DNA of 41,733 bases. Origin: Lenisia limosa. Taxonomy: Eukaryota > Protista > Breviatea. A model generated the notes under the pieces. That model did no database searches and was not told the DNA's origin. It saw only the letters and a program-made list of their open reading frames with translations. Both the position numbers and the translations under genes were made by a program. The stretch's first letter is position 1. The number at the start of each line of letters is the position of its first letter. Shown here piece after piece: positions 24,501-36,074 of the stretch. The stretch spans positions 1 through 41,733 of the forward strand of contig LPNZ01008685.1 in NCBI GenBank assembly GCA_001655205.1, in the 5' to 3' direction.

Positions 24501-24784
24501 TTTTTTCCCCAGTTGACTTTGTAGACTCCACGGGGTCATACCTTCCCACTCCTCCAACTGAAAACGAAAACCAAGAAACAAGCGGCTCCAAGCCGTGTAC
24601 CTTTCTCGAGGTACAGATGTCACGATTTCTCAACATACAACAGAAGCCCAATCTTCTCTTTCACTTTTACCATTTTAGGCTCTGCGGGTGCCTCCTCCCT
24701 TGTTGCAGGACGAGTCAACGCTTTGAGGCCTGGATTCCTGAAATGCAGAAGAGGCAACTAATGGCACAGCCGTCCAGAGGTTAG
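21559..24784 (+). CDS. RasGAP-domain protein with C-terminal PH domain and N-terminal polyproline segment
   Basis: Arginine-finger TLFRGVS, signature VGAFLFLRFIGPALVAPE, RRTLMLVNKLIMALAN. PH domain IIADWLVKCGGSHKSWKKRWMVLT..FAFCIDVPGRTY..RDKWIEALN. The stop position is uncertain (about 24716-24840). Confidence 0.88.
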
Positions 24785-24960
24785 TGCTGCTTCCAAACGA
24801 AACACACTTATCGTTTAGAGCCTCTTTTAGATGAAAATTGGTCAATGGCGTAGTGTCTTATTTATTGGGTTTTAATGTTCTATAATTTATGTATATGTTT
24901 AATTTCGTATTTAACGTATACAACAATAGACTAGTTTACATAAAATACAATAATACCTAA

Positions 24961-25731
24961 TTAGAAGGTTCCTTCGAGAGGGTTGTAGATACCTACAAAG
25001 TAAAATAATCATCCAATTATTAAGGGGTGGCACAAAAGAGGTATAATAATAGAAGAGAGCTGATTTGTTTCGATAGTGGGTTAATAATTGAAGATTGATG
25101 AGGGGATGCTTACAGCTAATGCAATCAGGCTTGAAAGAAAGAAAACAACAACATTGAAACCCCTCACCATGTTTAAGGAAGAAAGAATCAAGTTCCTCTG
25201 TCTTAAAGTCATCGCCAGAGAGTCCTTCAAACCCAACCATTCTAAACGAGTAAGCAACAGATTATAGGTAACTTGTTAATCCTCCCACACAAACCTTTCA
25301 AACATGATGCCTTCCTTGAATAAAATCAAAGTAGGTAACACCTTAATGCTCAACTTTGTCACAAAAAAGGGGGCTTCCGTGGCATCAAGAGACACAAACT
25401 TCACAGACAAATGAGCGGCAGCGATCAACTGAAAAGGGGTGAATTACTTCATTAATGTTTCTCAAACCTCTAATTGCTTGTCCATAATTCTGCATCTTTC
25501 AAAATCAGGGTGGCGGAAGTGGCATACAGCATATTCAGATTTCGTTACACTGTTGAGAAACTCATTCTCCTGAATTTTGTTCAAAAACCCGTGTCCATTT
25601 TCTTTCCACTTGAGAGTTTGATGGTACTTGCCCTTCAGGAAGGCCGCCCTTGATTCACGAAATCTATTTGAAGACTCATCTTCAAATTCGTCTAACATTG
25701 CGTCAAGATCACTTTCTGAATCCGAGGACAT
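24961..25731 (-). CDS. TXNDC9: Phosducin-like / thioredoxin domain-containing protein 9 (PLP1-type CCT co-chaperone)
   Basis: GHGFLNKIQENEFLNSVTKSEYAVCHFRHPDFERCRIMDKQLE..KFVSLDATEAPFFVTKLSIKVLPTLILFKEG..MVGFEGLSGDDFKTEEL..GIYNPLEGTF*. Confidence 0.88.
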
Positions 25732-25903
25732 GGTGAAACAAGCCAAAAAAGAGGAATGGGAAATATGGGAGAGGAAAAAAGTTATAAACTCTAATCAAAA
25801 GCAATCACATAAAATAGCAATTGTTTTATTTCATCATTTAATTAGGTGGATATTGGGGATATTTAAATTAGTAATCACAAATTAATCATTAGAACTCTCT
25901 AAT
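25732..25903. promoter_or_regulatory. Probable bidirectional promoter between TXNDC9-like and PPIL6-like genes
   Basis: 172 bp between divergent start codons. Inferred from position only. Confidence 0.5.
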
Positions 25904-28900
25904 ATGGTCTGGTCGTTCCAAGTTGTTGGCCGATTAGGCTCAGTTGACTTTCAAAAGGTCACCCTTGCCATTGAAGTTAGTATTCTCTGCTGAAATAACA
26001 TTAATTTTTCAGATTCTTTCACAAAAGAAATTGGTGAATGCCAAGTTGGTAGCTATGCGACCTTTCGACTTTAATTTGTTTATTGATAACTCTAGAAAGG
26101 TAATTTTGGAGTTTCTTTTTGTAATTAACGATCTTATCGTCTAGTTCTTCCCAGATATCCCAAGGGGCGATTTAATTGCCTTTGAAGGTACTAAAATGAA
26201 TAACAAAGCTAAAATTATTGGTAAGATTCGGCTATTTCCTCTTATGTAATTGATTTGTTATTTATGTAATCGACCCTTAAGCCTTTCCTCCCGCTAAAAT
26301 GAATTAGGTTCAACAATGTCCCTTGTTGCCGCCTTTGCAACGAAGTTTGACTTCATGGATCCTCGCCCAAGCGCCCTCTACCAAGTTCTTGCGAAACAGG
26401 CTTACATCAACTCCTTCACCGAGTCAAATGTAAGATGATTTATTTCTTAAATTAAAAGCCGTGGTTGTTTTACTTTTTGTTCTGACGTGTTTCCTCTTAA
26501 TTCTGCAGAACAAGTACGTATTTTTAGACTTCACCCATTGTGATATTTTAATTGGACGCATTGTTATTGAGGTAAGCCCGAAAATGAGACGACTAAACCA
26601 TCTTTGAGAGCATAGAGAATCTATGTAATATGCAATATGTTGGATGCTTATTACTTGGGACGAGGTTTGAGTACTTCCTTCTATTGCTGATTGAGAGGGC
26701 AGCTCAAACCTAGCTGTTTTTACAGTTTTATTCCAAAGCGCATCATACAGAACAATTAAGAGTAACTATTCCTTACCTATGTTGCCAAAAATATGGGGAG
26801 AATGCCTAAGTCGAATGGTATCAAAATAACTCTTTTTCTTTGCTCTTCTCTCTTTTATCATTTAACAATTAATTGTTTTAATTGACATAGTTGTTGACTG
26901 AGAACAACCCAAAGGCGGTAGAAAACTTTGTAAGGCTTGCAAGTGAGGGCTTCAATTCTGATGGTTGGACGTTTGGGTAGTATGTATTGTGTTGCTTTTT
27001 TCTGATCTATGTATTTATCGTAATGGGATTAAATAACTGTCCAGGACACAAAATGAGCTATCAGAACAGCGTAGTTCATCGTATTGTGAAGGGCGGATGG
27101 CTACAAGCCGGAGGTTGGCAAAAAGAATCAAGTCGTGAATATTTACTACTTACCTCAAGTCGTCGTAATTTCTTTAGATTTAAATGGTGGTAAAGGAAAC
27201 TCGTCAGAGTCAAGTTTTGGAGGACAATTCGAAGGTTTGATTAGGAGGGTGACAATTGCCATGTTGGTTTAAATGTTTGCATTTGAGGAGCAAAACGATT
27301 CACCAGTGCTCTTCTTGGGTCATTTTCACAAGTTTTTTCCACACCGTGATATGATGTCTCGTAATTTCTCCGTCATACGATCATATCACCCAAGAAGATA
27401 TGGGAATGTTGTGCTTTCCAAATCACCTACCATAGATGAAACCCATGCAGTGAAACACAACCAAGCTGGTGTTGTTGGAATGGCTAATAGGTTTGGGGCT
27501 GAGGAGGACTAAAATATATGGAAGCGTAAATGAAGAGTAGCGAGGATAACGTACTGCTTTTATGTTTTAGAGGTCGACACTCCAACGGCTCACAATTTTA
27601 CATTACATTTGGACCCCAGAACTATCTTAACACCAAGTGCATGGCTTTCGGGTAATTGGGGGTATGACAAGTGGGCTTCAGCTTTATTACACAGACAATT
27701 AGCTTACGCGAATACATACTCCTCTTTTCATTTTGCTCCTATTACTCTCTATTTTAATTTTTGTTTGCTAGCAAGAAAACATACTCTCACTTTTCATTTT
27801 GTTACATACTGTGAAAATATGCAGCCTGTACATATGAAAGGGAAAGACTAGAATAGTATTTATAAATATGCTATGATATATCACACCATTCATAAATAAA
27901 TTTCACAAATGTGTTTTTTTTCGAGAGATGCAAAAACAGTGTTTGGAGTCTCAAAATGAATAAGTAAACCTAGTTCTGTAACAAATACACAAGTCGCAAG
28001 ATGTATACATGTTTAAACCAACTTGGTGATTGCTTAGGAGAAATTATATTATACAAGAAAGACTACACACAAGAGTTTTATCCTGAAACGGACTATTTAG
28101 ATTGCTCCTCTGCGTCCTCTTCCACGACCACGAAGTTGTCAATTTTCTTGGGGATGAACACAAATATAAAGTCGTTGACTAGCTCAAAAATGACTTTAAA
28201 CCGGTTTTTAAGAAAAATTTTTTTTAAAAAAAAAGAAACACGTTTTGTTAAAAAAAACATATATATTTATGAACGGTGTGATATATGTATACTAAAGAAA
28301 TGAGAAATAAAAACAAGGTTACATCAGGTCGANNNNNNNNNNNNNNNNNNNNNNNNNNNNNNNNNNNNNNNNNNNNNNNNNNNNNNNNNNNNNNNNNNNN
28401 NNNNNNNNNNNNNNNNNNNNNNNNNNNNNNNNNNNNNNNNNNNNNNNNNNNNNNNNNNNNNNNNNNNNNNNNNNNNNGGATATCTGAAGCACGCTACTCT
28501 TTATTGCGTGTCATATTCACGCCACTTTGCCTCTTTTCCTCATTTCTCAAAATCGACTTAAAACAAGGTGCCAATCCAGAAACTGGCTCGGATAAACCAC
28601 AATTAGAGACAAAACCGAGCGTAACCTGCGTGATTTTTAGTTACTGCTAGAGCAGTTGTTTTGGAAGCAAGAGAGCAAATGTTGTGATTATCATACTGAC
28701 CAAAATCTTAGTTATCAGATGACCTTGACAAATTTCTGGATTGGAACCCTATTATCAATACAAAGTAGAATAATATAATACATAAATCACTCCAAGGAAG
28801 TCCTATTCTTCGATAATTAATCTGCTATCCGAGACAACTTTCCCATTTGAACCCTGCTTTAATAATTCAGGTGAGGTTCCCTCCCCCCCCCCCTGTAACT

Positions 28901-29099
28901 CTTGAATTCCATCGNNNNNNNNNNNNNNNNNNNNNNNNNNNNNNNNNNNNNNNNNNNNNNNNNNNNNNNNNNNNNNNNNNNNTGTATCGATGGCTATGGG
29001 GTGTTGAAGTCCCTTGAGAAGATTGAAACTAGTCCGCTTGAGCGACCAGCCGATCTCAAGATCTCAGACTCAGGTGTCTGGGACCCAAACACCATGTAA
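25904..29099 (+). CDS. PPIL6: Cyclophilin-type PPIase, PPIL6/RSP12-like (flagellar radial-spoke type)
   Basis: N-terminal extension with FQVVGRLGSVDFQKV and RPSALY. The cyclophilin core is YVFLDF..IGRIVIEL..PKAVENFVRL..YQNSVVHRIVKGGWLQAGD..KHNQAGVVGMANRGRHSNGSQFYITF..IDGYGVLKSLEKIET..ISDSG. The GWxQ and RPSALY features fit PPIL6 as recalled. One acceptor is hidden in a gap. Confidence 0.82.
28093..28760 (-). CDS. Possible fragmentary nested antisense gene in the long PPIL6 intron
   Basis: A terminal-exon-like KIDNFVVVEEDAEEQSK* (28093-28146) is in phase with an upstream donor at about 28322. An acceptor lies just before the 28333-28477 gap. The rest is ambiguous. Confidence 0.28.
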
Positions 29100-29393
29100 A
29101 GCAGGGAATTGGGTTTTTAGGTTGTATTTGTTACTTGTATTGTTTCTAAAAAGTATTGAAGTAATACCCTTCTATTATGTATTGTATTCTCACTCTCATT
29201 CAAATTCAAGGTAATTGTTGAAATCCAGCAACTAAAACCCAGAGATTAATTTTCAGGAAGTGAGAGAGTATGGTGTATTCGGACTGAGTTCCAATGATTT
29301 AAAAATACATAGAATAAAAAACAGGTACATAATGAAACATAAGACACTAGATGAGAAAAAAAAAAATGAAAAAACAAGAGCAAAAAAAAATAC

Positions 29394-30489
29394 CTAAAGC
29401 GAAAGTTCGCAGAACACTGGCAGTTCATAACTGAAGATGTCAAAACGAATTGTAATAGTAATAATAACTACCTGCATGGAAGGGAAGAAAGACACCCGTC
29501 GACAAAAGCAACACAGCCATCCTTGAAAGACGGCTCGTCAACACACCAACTGAATTGTGAGAACTATTTACGCAGCAGGTTGCTGATAGTTTTTTGTAAT
29601 TAAATTGTATTCTTTTTGGTGAACCCCCCAACTTACAATGGCGAAGTGTTGAGATATGAGCCTCCTATATACACTAGTTTCCCTGAAGCGCCGTCTTTGA
29701 AAACACCAATATCCTATTGAATGAACGGGTTACTTTGATCAAAAAAAAAGCATAACCATACATGTACATCAGTTTTCACAATAAATATCATACTACAAAA
29801 ATACATATTACATGTACATTCAAACATAAATGCCATGATATTTTTTTAAAACTCAAAATGGAGCATATATATGCATCATATCATATCTTCATATTCAAAA
29901 TAGCGTATTATGTGGTGGGTGTTTGTGAAGAGAGAAAAAAATGAAACAGATTTTAAAAATTTTTCATAAAAAAGGGGGCAATTATCGACCTGGTTCGGTC
30001 AATGAACAACATTGAATAAAATTGGACCGGCACTGAAACCCCAAATCCTCCCACAAGCATGAGAATATCGGTCCAAACGGCTGTGGTGTCCTGAGAAACA
30101 TGGCGTTGTAACATCACCCGTTCGTACTCAAAGAGTAATGATGGAAGCTGTCCCTGACAAGATTAATCAAATAACATTAACAAACCTTAGAATTGAGGCA
30201 TTCAGCATTTGCCTCCCTTCGAGTCTTTGCTCTTACTTGTCGTTGCACTAGGCAAGTTTGTCGGTGCTTGAAGTAAATGCCATCTTTGCATTCTTTGGGA
30301 ATCTAGGTGGCGATTAGCACTAAAAAAAAATGGTATAAGATGGATAGTATTTCGACATCACCAACCTCGGTTGAATTATTGTCACTACCCGAAATCATCT
30401 AAATGGTCAAAAAATCAAAGAAAATGAAAACCAACATGTTGTGGCGGGATATCAATGGTGATTTTGCCATCATTCTGAGGACCGTGGAT
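29394..30489 (-). CDS. C-type lectin-like domain protein (3' exons; 5' end unresolved)
   Basis: Phase-consistent exons: IPKECKDGIYFKHRQTCLVQRQVRAKTRREANAECLNSKGQLPSLLFEYERVMLQRHVSQDTTAVWTDI..SPFWCVDEPSFKDGCVAFVDGCLSSLPCSYELPVFCELSL*. This follows the CTLD Cys/Trp spacing (EA..C...G.L.S; W..DEP..C; C....FCE). Confidence 0.62.
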
Positions 30490-30699
30490 CTAAACAATCA
30501 AAATTTTCATGCCATTCAACAAGCAACTAGGGTATAAATCTCCCCAAGACCACACAGTCAAAATTTCGAAAGGTCGCGGAAAGGTGATTAATTTCCCCAC
30601 AAACGAAGGAGCCATTGGAGTTGAGGACAATACTGAAGGTGCAAGTTGCAAAGATGAGGCAGAGGCCAAATCGAACACTTACACTAGATAAATTAACAA

Positions 30700-31583
30700 T
30701 CGGTCAAGATCCGCAAGGCGGACGGGACGGATGGACTGAATAGAAAAATCTTTTGGAAGGTTTCCTCTCAACCCTCACCCCCGCCTCCTCAAATAAAAAT
30801 AATGACCGCTTTCAAACCTCATCACGATTTATGCCGCCTTGGATTTATGTTCGGATCAATGCTTCTGGAATGTGAAACTGAACTGGAAAGATTTGGATTA
30901 TTTTCACAAAATATTTACAAATAGAAAATGTAACAATGAAACAATGGAAAATACATGAAGAATGTGCAGAAAAGAGGTGGTTATTGGAACATACACCGAA
31001 AATGATTGGAGAATTTTAAAGTTGTCACATCGATAGTGAAGAGAAATATACTTTTTTTGCACATTTAAATGTATAAGATCATAATTAAGAATATGGCGAG
31101 GGGTGGGTGAGAATAGAGCAAATCAGTGGCACAGACCTTATTAAATGACGCAGCAAAGAAATTCATAACTCGTAAACACTTCTTATTTATTACTCTTTCT
31201 TCTCTTCTTCTTTTCGTAAAGGCGGGAAATTTGAATTGGCCACAAATTAAGCGGAATGAATATTTTAAGGACCAAGCCTTCAGGTCCGTTAAAATAAACT
31301 GTGCATTCCGATGCCATTTCCCCAGATTCATCCGGATTGCTTCCGGATACGCCCTTCCCCTATTAATTCAATCTATATGTAGTTTTTAAAATATCCCGTA
31401 TGATTTATAAGCTAGCCCTGTCCTGAGATCAGAGTTCCTTTCCCCTATCTGCCAGCTTGCGACAAAATCACACAGAGGAGATATCTTGTAGTGTAGTAAA
31501 CCGGAGTAAAACTCTCATATTCTAACTAGATAAACCATTGAGTGGAGATACCCCAAACCCAAACAAATTTTCTCCGCCGCCAT
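30700..31583 (-). CDS. Unresolved exons (5' part of the lectin gene or a separate hypothetical gene)
   Basis: Candidate start MAAEKI at 31583, after a CA-rich leader and before a G-rich donor. An open exon GRAYPEAIRMNLGKW..FFAASFNK ends in a donor. I could not join it in frame to the lectin exons. Confidence 0.3.
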
Positions 31584-31847
31584 AATGGACAGAGAATGTA
31601 ACGACACTGTTTGTGGTTGCAGTGGTTGTGTGTTTGTGTGGTCAGGTTTGTGTTGACAGCAGGTTGCACGTTGTATGATACTGTATGATAGAATGATAAC
31701 GATGCTGTTGTTGTTGGCTGAGGTGATGATATGATGCTGATCAACCCCCCCCCCCATAACTACTTGAACAGTTACAGTTACAGGCAAAATTTAGGAGTCT
31801 CTTAAATTTACTCTGATTTTTCATTTATATATATAATTCACTGGTTA

Positions 31848-34800
31848 ATGACGCTTGACATTGAAACAACGGAGGGTCACCAGCCGCTCCATGGCCCTCC
31901 AGGAGCCCATTCCAGCTTACCATCAATCCCGGCTACTCCGTCGAGGAAACGCCCGCAGTCGCCGCCATTGTCCACCTATCGTCCCTCATCTGCGCTATCC
32001 ACGGGATATGCGATCTATCAGAGTAGACCATCATCAGCACTGTCAGCTCACCACTTAAGGCTAAGTCAGGTAAGGTACTGGGTTCAGATAACAGCATTAT
32101 TGGTTTCCTTTTTCATTCTTAAGTCTCGGCCCCAATCAGCAACACTGTATCGGGCCAGTGAGTCTCTTCTACTCTCTGCTCCTATTTCTCCTGTAAGCCA
32201 TTCTGGTAACTGTACTTTTAAGAACTGGTATAATGAGTAACAGGTGTGTTCTAATCCCTCGCACTACGCACGCCTCATTCGCCCTGCTGAGAAAGAAGGC
32301 TTTTGGGAGTCCAGATCCAAGTCAAGGTAATTTATATCCTCGTTTCGATAACTCCCTAGTTTGGCCTCATTTGCTACTCCTCAGAATTGGGTTGAGCTAA
32401 ATCCAGGTTGGTTCATGTTTGACTTTATCTGCACTTTTTATCAGATTAATTTTTATTGCTTCTGGAACATTGTGTTGGTATTTTAGAATAGAATGAACAA
32501 ATATTGACATTTCATTTTGATTCAGGAAAGGAGAGGCCAAAAAGTGCCCATGGTGGATCATTCAGGTTGGGCTTTTGGTGGATCATTCAGGTTGGGCTTT
32601 TGGTGGATCATTCAGGTTGGGCTTTTGAATTATCTGATTCCAAAGAGCGCCACTAAGTTCACAATGCCCCCCTCAAAAGAAAGAAAAGCAAACATCCAAG
32701 GTTTGGAAAGAATTTATCTTATTATGTTAGAAAATTGCGACTGTTCCAAGAGCCGCATCAAGGCCGTCTTCTAAAACAACAGCGAAAGTCAGTTGATAGT
32801 ATTCATCCCAAAGCCTCTATTCTATTAATTACTTTGTATAGTATGATATATTATAGTGCATGATGTATCATATGATTATATAATACTATATATAATACTA
32901 CTATATCATAGACGATACTTCAAACCAATGTTTCACACCCTGAAATCATAGATAATTTAATAAGGCACTGGTCTCAATTTTCGAAGTTGTCCCTTATGAT
33001 TACCTTTCAGGCACCCCAGCGAAAGAAACGGCCTGATGCCCCAACTCCAACTCTCCCACCACCTTCTCTCGGTATGTGTGGAGCGATACACTCAGGAGGA
33101 GCCAATACAATCAATCCGCTAACTAGCAGGTAACCCCGGAGTGGCCAATATATGGCCTGAGGATAGAGCGGCAATCGAGAGTCTTTTCTTACAGGCTGCT
33201 ATGGAAGGGCATTTTCTCGAAGTTTGGGGATTAAGGCACTAAATTCAATAAGTCGAGTCAAGTAGTATTTCCATTTGTCTTCTATAATTATTATTATTTT
33301 ATGTTACATCGATATATAATGATAGAATGTATCGTGCAGAATATAGCCTGGTTAATATCCGTAAGTCATTACATATCGAACAAAACATGTTTACATGCAT
33401 TTAATATATTAATATGTTATCTCATACCAGGGACGCCAGTCCCGAGTGAATATGGAGTGGGTGGGAAGATTTTGTTTGTGTTAAGGGTGTTCCTCGGGAT
33501 GAACTCGGCTAAAGCCATCGTTCTCCCTCTAAACACCTGCAACAATCAAACGAGCCCACTCCTGGCAATTCCCGAGGGCGTCCTGACTGAATATGGGGAA
33601 TCATGTGCTGCAGGGATGATGGTTTGAGTCGGCTTTCCCAGTGATTTTCATCATTTTTGGGCCTAGCGGGAATAACACGTCGGCTAATAAATATTTTGTT
33701 CACAAGGTGGCAGGAGGGGACCTCAAATATGAGGCTGGCTTTTTTGACATCTTTACAGATGGCTAACTTTTTTCGGCTTTTTGTCCTTTTGTGCTGATAA
33801 TCCTTTTTAACTTCATCTTATATGTAGCAATGGGAAATACAAAATAAGGTAGTATCTGGCCGAAGCTGTCCACACCATNNNNNNNNNNNNNNNNNNNNNN
33901 NNNNNNNNNNNNNNNNNNNNNNNNNNNNNNGGCATTGAAATATAAAGCATGAATGGATGAGAGGAATTCTTTTTAATTTTCCAAATTTTAAAATCAATTT
34001 TAACTGGAGATGTTAGAATCCATCAAGAATTTTAGTCTTTTTTTCGGACTGAAATGAAGTCCTATGGTTTTATTCATAGTGAGCTAATATATTTTTCAGG
34101 TTCAAAAATGGGTGCAATTTGGAGTAGATCTGGATTGTCCTGGGGCGAATGGAAAGACAGCTCTACATGTAAGTCACAGTGAATCCCTTACCTTTTAGCA
34201 TGCAGCTGAGATCAATAGTGTAGCAATCATTTGTCTTTTATTGGATTTTGGTGCGAACCCTATCCCTGTATCAACAAAACAATCCGGTTTGTGGCACATC
34301 TGGAGCAAAACTCTGTTGACCTTCAAGGTGGGTATACACCGCTGCATATTGCCGCAATGGAAGGCCATGTTGAAGTATGTTTATGTTGCTTTTTGGCTTC
34401 ATATTGGTTATATAATTCATTTTGTAGAGTATTGTAGAACTCTTTAGCGCAGAGAATGATATACCCTTCGATTCTCATAATCGAACGCCTCTCCATTTGG
34501 CAACAATTCACAACAAGTATGAACCGTTTTTTTTTTTGTTGTTGTTGAGAAAATACTTCATAATTAATCCTGGGATACAAAAATATATTTAAAGGAACCC
34601 CCATTTACTATTTTGTGGTGGAGGTATTCAGCACTTTTTTTCTCACTATAATAGTAATATAAAATATCCCAAAACTGGACTTACTCGCGGGTTTGGAATC
34701 TTACGATCTGAACTAGAGTTTAGGCAAATGATTGTGTATTCAATTTCTTTATAAATATAGTTAATATCACGTGTTTTTTCCTATTGACTTCATTTCAGAC

Positions 34801-35204
34801 AATCGGCAGTGAGAATGCTTCTTGAGCTTGGCCATGGTAGGCGCCCCATTGTCTTCAACTTTTATTATTATTATTATTATTATCTTGCAACCGTCCTTTC
34901 ACAAAGACAGGAGCGGAATACTCCGACGAAACGGGGCGAACTGCCCGAGATTGGGCGGAATCCCTAAGGCTGACTGACCTGATTGAGTCCCTCCCAAGGT
35001 AGGAGGTATACAGCTCAGCCGAGGATTACCCCAGGAACCCAGCAGCAGTGTTTTATTTATCGCCTTCAAGCCTATGCTACCCTGTTTTTCAAGTCCATTC
35101 ACCCTGACAGATTCAAGAAATATGATGCAGCAGAGATAACCCCGACAAAGAAGGTGCCCAAGTATTTCAAGCCGAAGAAGAAACTGAAGGCCAAAAAGAA
35201 ATGA
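31848..35204 (+). CDS. Ankyrin-repeat protein with S/P/R-rich N-terminus and lysine-rich tail
   Basis: The N-terminus has repeated RPxS motifs. The ankyrin repeats are AAMEGHFLE|VQKWVQFGVDLDCPGANGKTALH, GGYTPLHIAAMEGHVE, NRTPLHLATIHNKQSAVRMLLELG and DETGRTARDWA. The protein ends KYFKPKKKLKAKKK*. The first ankyrin repeat is split by an 878-nt intron (33222-34099). Confidence 0.78.
32551..32627 (+). repeat. Three exact 25-nt tandem copies (TGGTGGATCATTCAGGTTGGGCTTT) spanning an exon/intron boundary
   Basis: Units at 32551, 32576 and 32601, each containing CAG|GT. Confidence 0.95.
33417..33750 (-). CDS. Putative nested antisense small gene (about 90 aa, Pro/Arg-rich) in the ankyrin gene's long intron
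   Basis: MSKKPASYL|SRRVIPARPKNDENHWESRLKPSSLQHMIPHIQSGRPRELPG..., with a 38-nt GT-AG intron. The 3' end is either ..GERWL* (33509) or, via a 23-nt intron, VFRGRTMALAEFIPR..GVPGMR*. Confidence 0.35.
33852..33878. repeat. Dispersed 27-nt motif, copy 2 (GTATCTGGCCGAAGCTGTCCACACCAT)
   Basis: 25/27 identical to 2205-2231. Truncated by an N gap that begins at 33879. Confidence 0.85.
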
Positions 35205-35481
35205 TTTACATGTTGTTCGGTTATTAGGTGTATTTTTGGGTTCGAAATTTGATCTAAATATTGGGAGCTGTAGCGCTGTATGTTTCTGTTTCCTGTACAA
35301 TTATATTTCTTTCCTCGATTATATTATGCAAACTAAATTAGGATTTCAAAAACAATATAAAAAGGGCATCAACTGCCATAAGACAAACACCAGTTCAATG
35401 TTGTAATGATAAATTATAAAAACCTATGGTTTTGAATGTCTGGCGAATGGATGGGGTTGAGTACCTTGTTGATGAAACAGA

Positions 35482-35809
35482 TTAGCCGCTTTTCTGGAAA
35501 GTCAGTGAAAATGTAATATAAATAATGTCAGTTGATCAAATGAGGAATTGACAGAAAGCGTAAAAGTGCCACGCCCTACAGGATCGTTGGGGTCCTTGTA
35601 CATTGGGTCTTTTGGGTCAAGAGGAGTGGTATCCGTGTCTAATGGGTTTCCCCAAGTTCCTATTGCGTAAGATAATGAAAAGGAAATCCCAAAAAAGGAA
35701 TAAATTCAAACTGCTTCATACCTTTTCCTCCAGCTCCATGCTTCTTGGGAGCACCGTCCATTCCAGTATGGGAATGACGGTCGTCTTTTTTCTCAGTTCC
35801 ACGAGTCAT
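35482..35809 (-). CDS. Small protein resembling the PDCD4/MA3-protein N-terminal (HABP4/Stf2-like) segment; frame problem at exon 2
   Basis: MTRGTEKKDDRHSHTGMDGAPKKHGAGGK|GTW.., then in another frame GNPLDTDTTPLDPKDPMYKDPNDP|KSG*. It resembles the recalled DRRS..PKKGGAGGKGxWG..DxKDPNY motif. Confidence 0.6.
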
Positions 35810-36074
35810 TATAATGTGATTTTTTGGGGTGAAATGATACGTTAGATAAGTGCTTGTTTGTTTTTGCGATGACTTTTTTTGAAAAAAAAAAATGACAAAA
35901 AGGGGAATGAACTGAACTGTCACCCAGTTTAATACATGGTCCAAAAAAACCCCCTCCTCCCCTACCATGCATGCACCTACATCAAACACAGATCAAACAC
36001 TCAAACACTCAATTAATTAATTATTAATTATTTATTTCGAATTTTTACAACAAAGTTTAATAATATTATTGAGT

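Noticed and set aside
30706-30745. ncRNA hairpin CCGCAAGG
   Set aside because: Too short, and the opposite strand reads as a plausible exon (SIRPVRLADLDRLLIYL).
33848-33878. U2 or U6 snRNA fragment (GTAGTATCTG; GCTTCGGC on the minus strand)
   Set aside because: No flanking U2 stems or Sm site and no U6 ACAGAGA box; only short coincidental words.
15695-33930. N runs as biological features
   Set aside because: They are assembly gaps. Lengths and contents are unknown, so exon ends and repeats inside them cannot be called.
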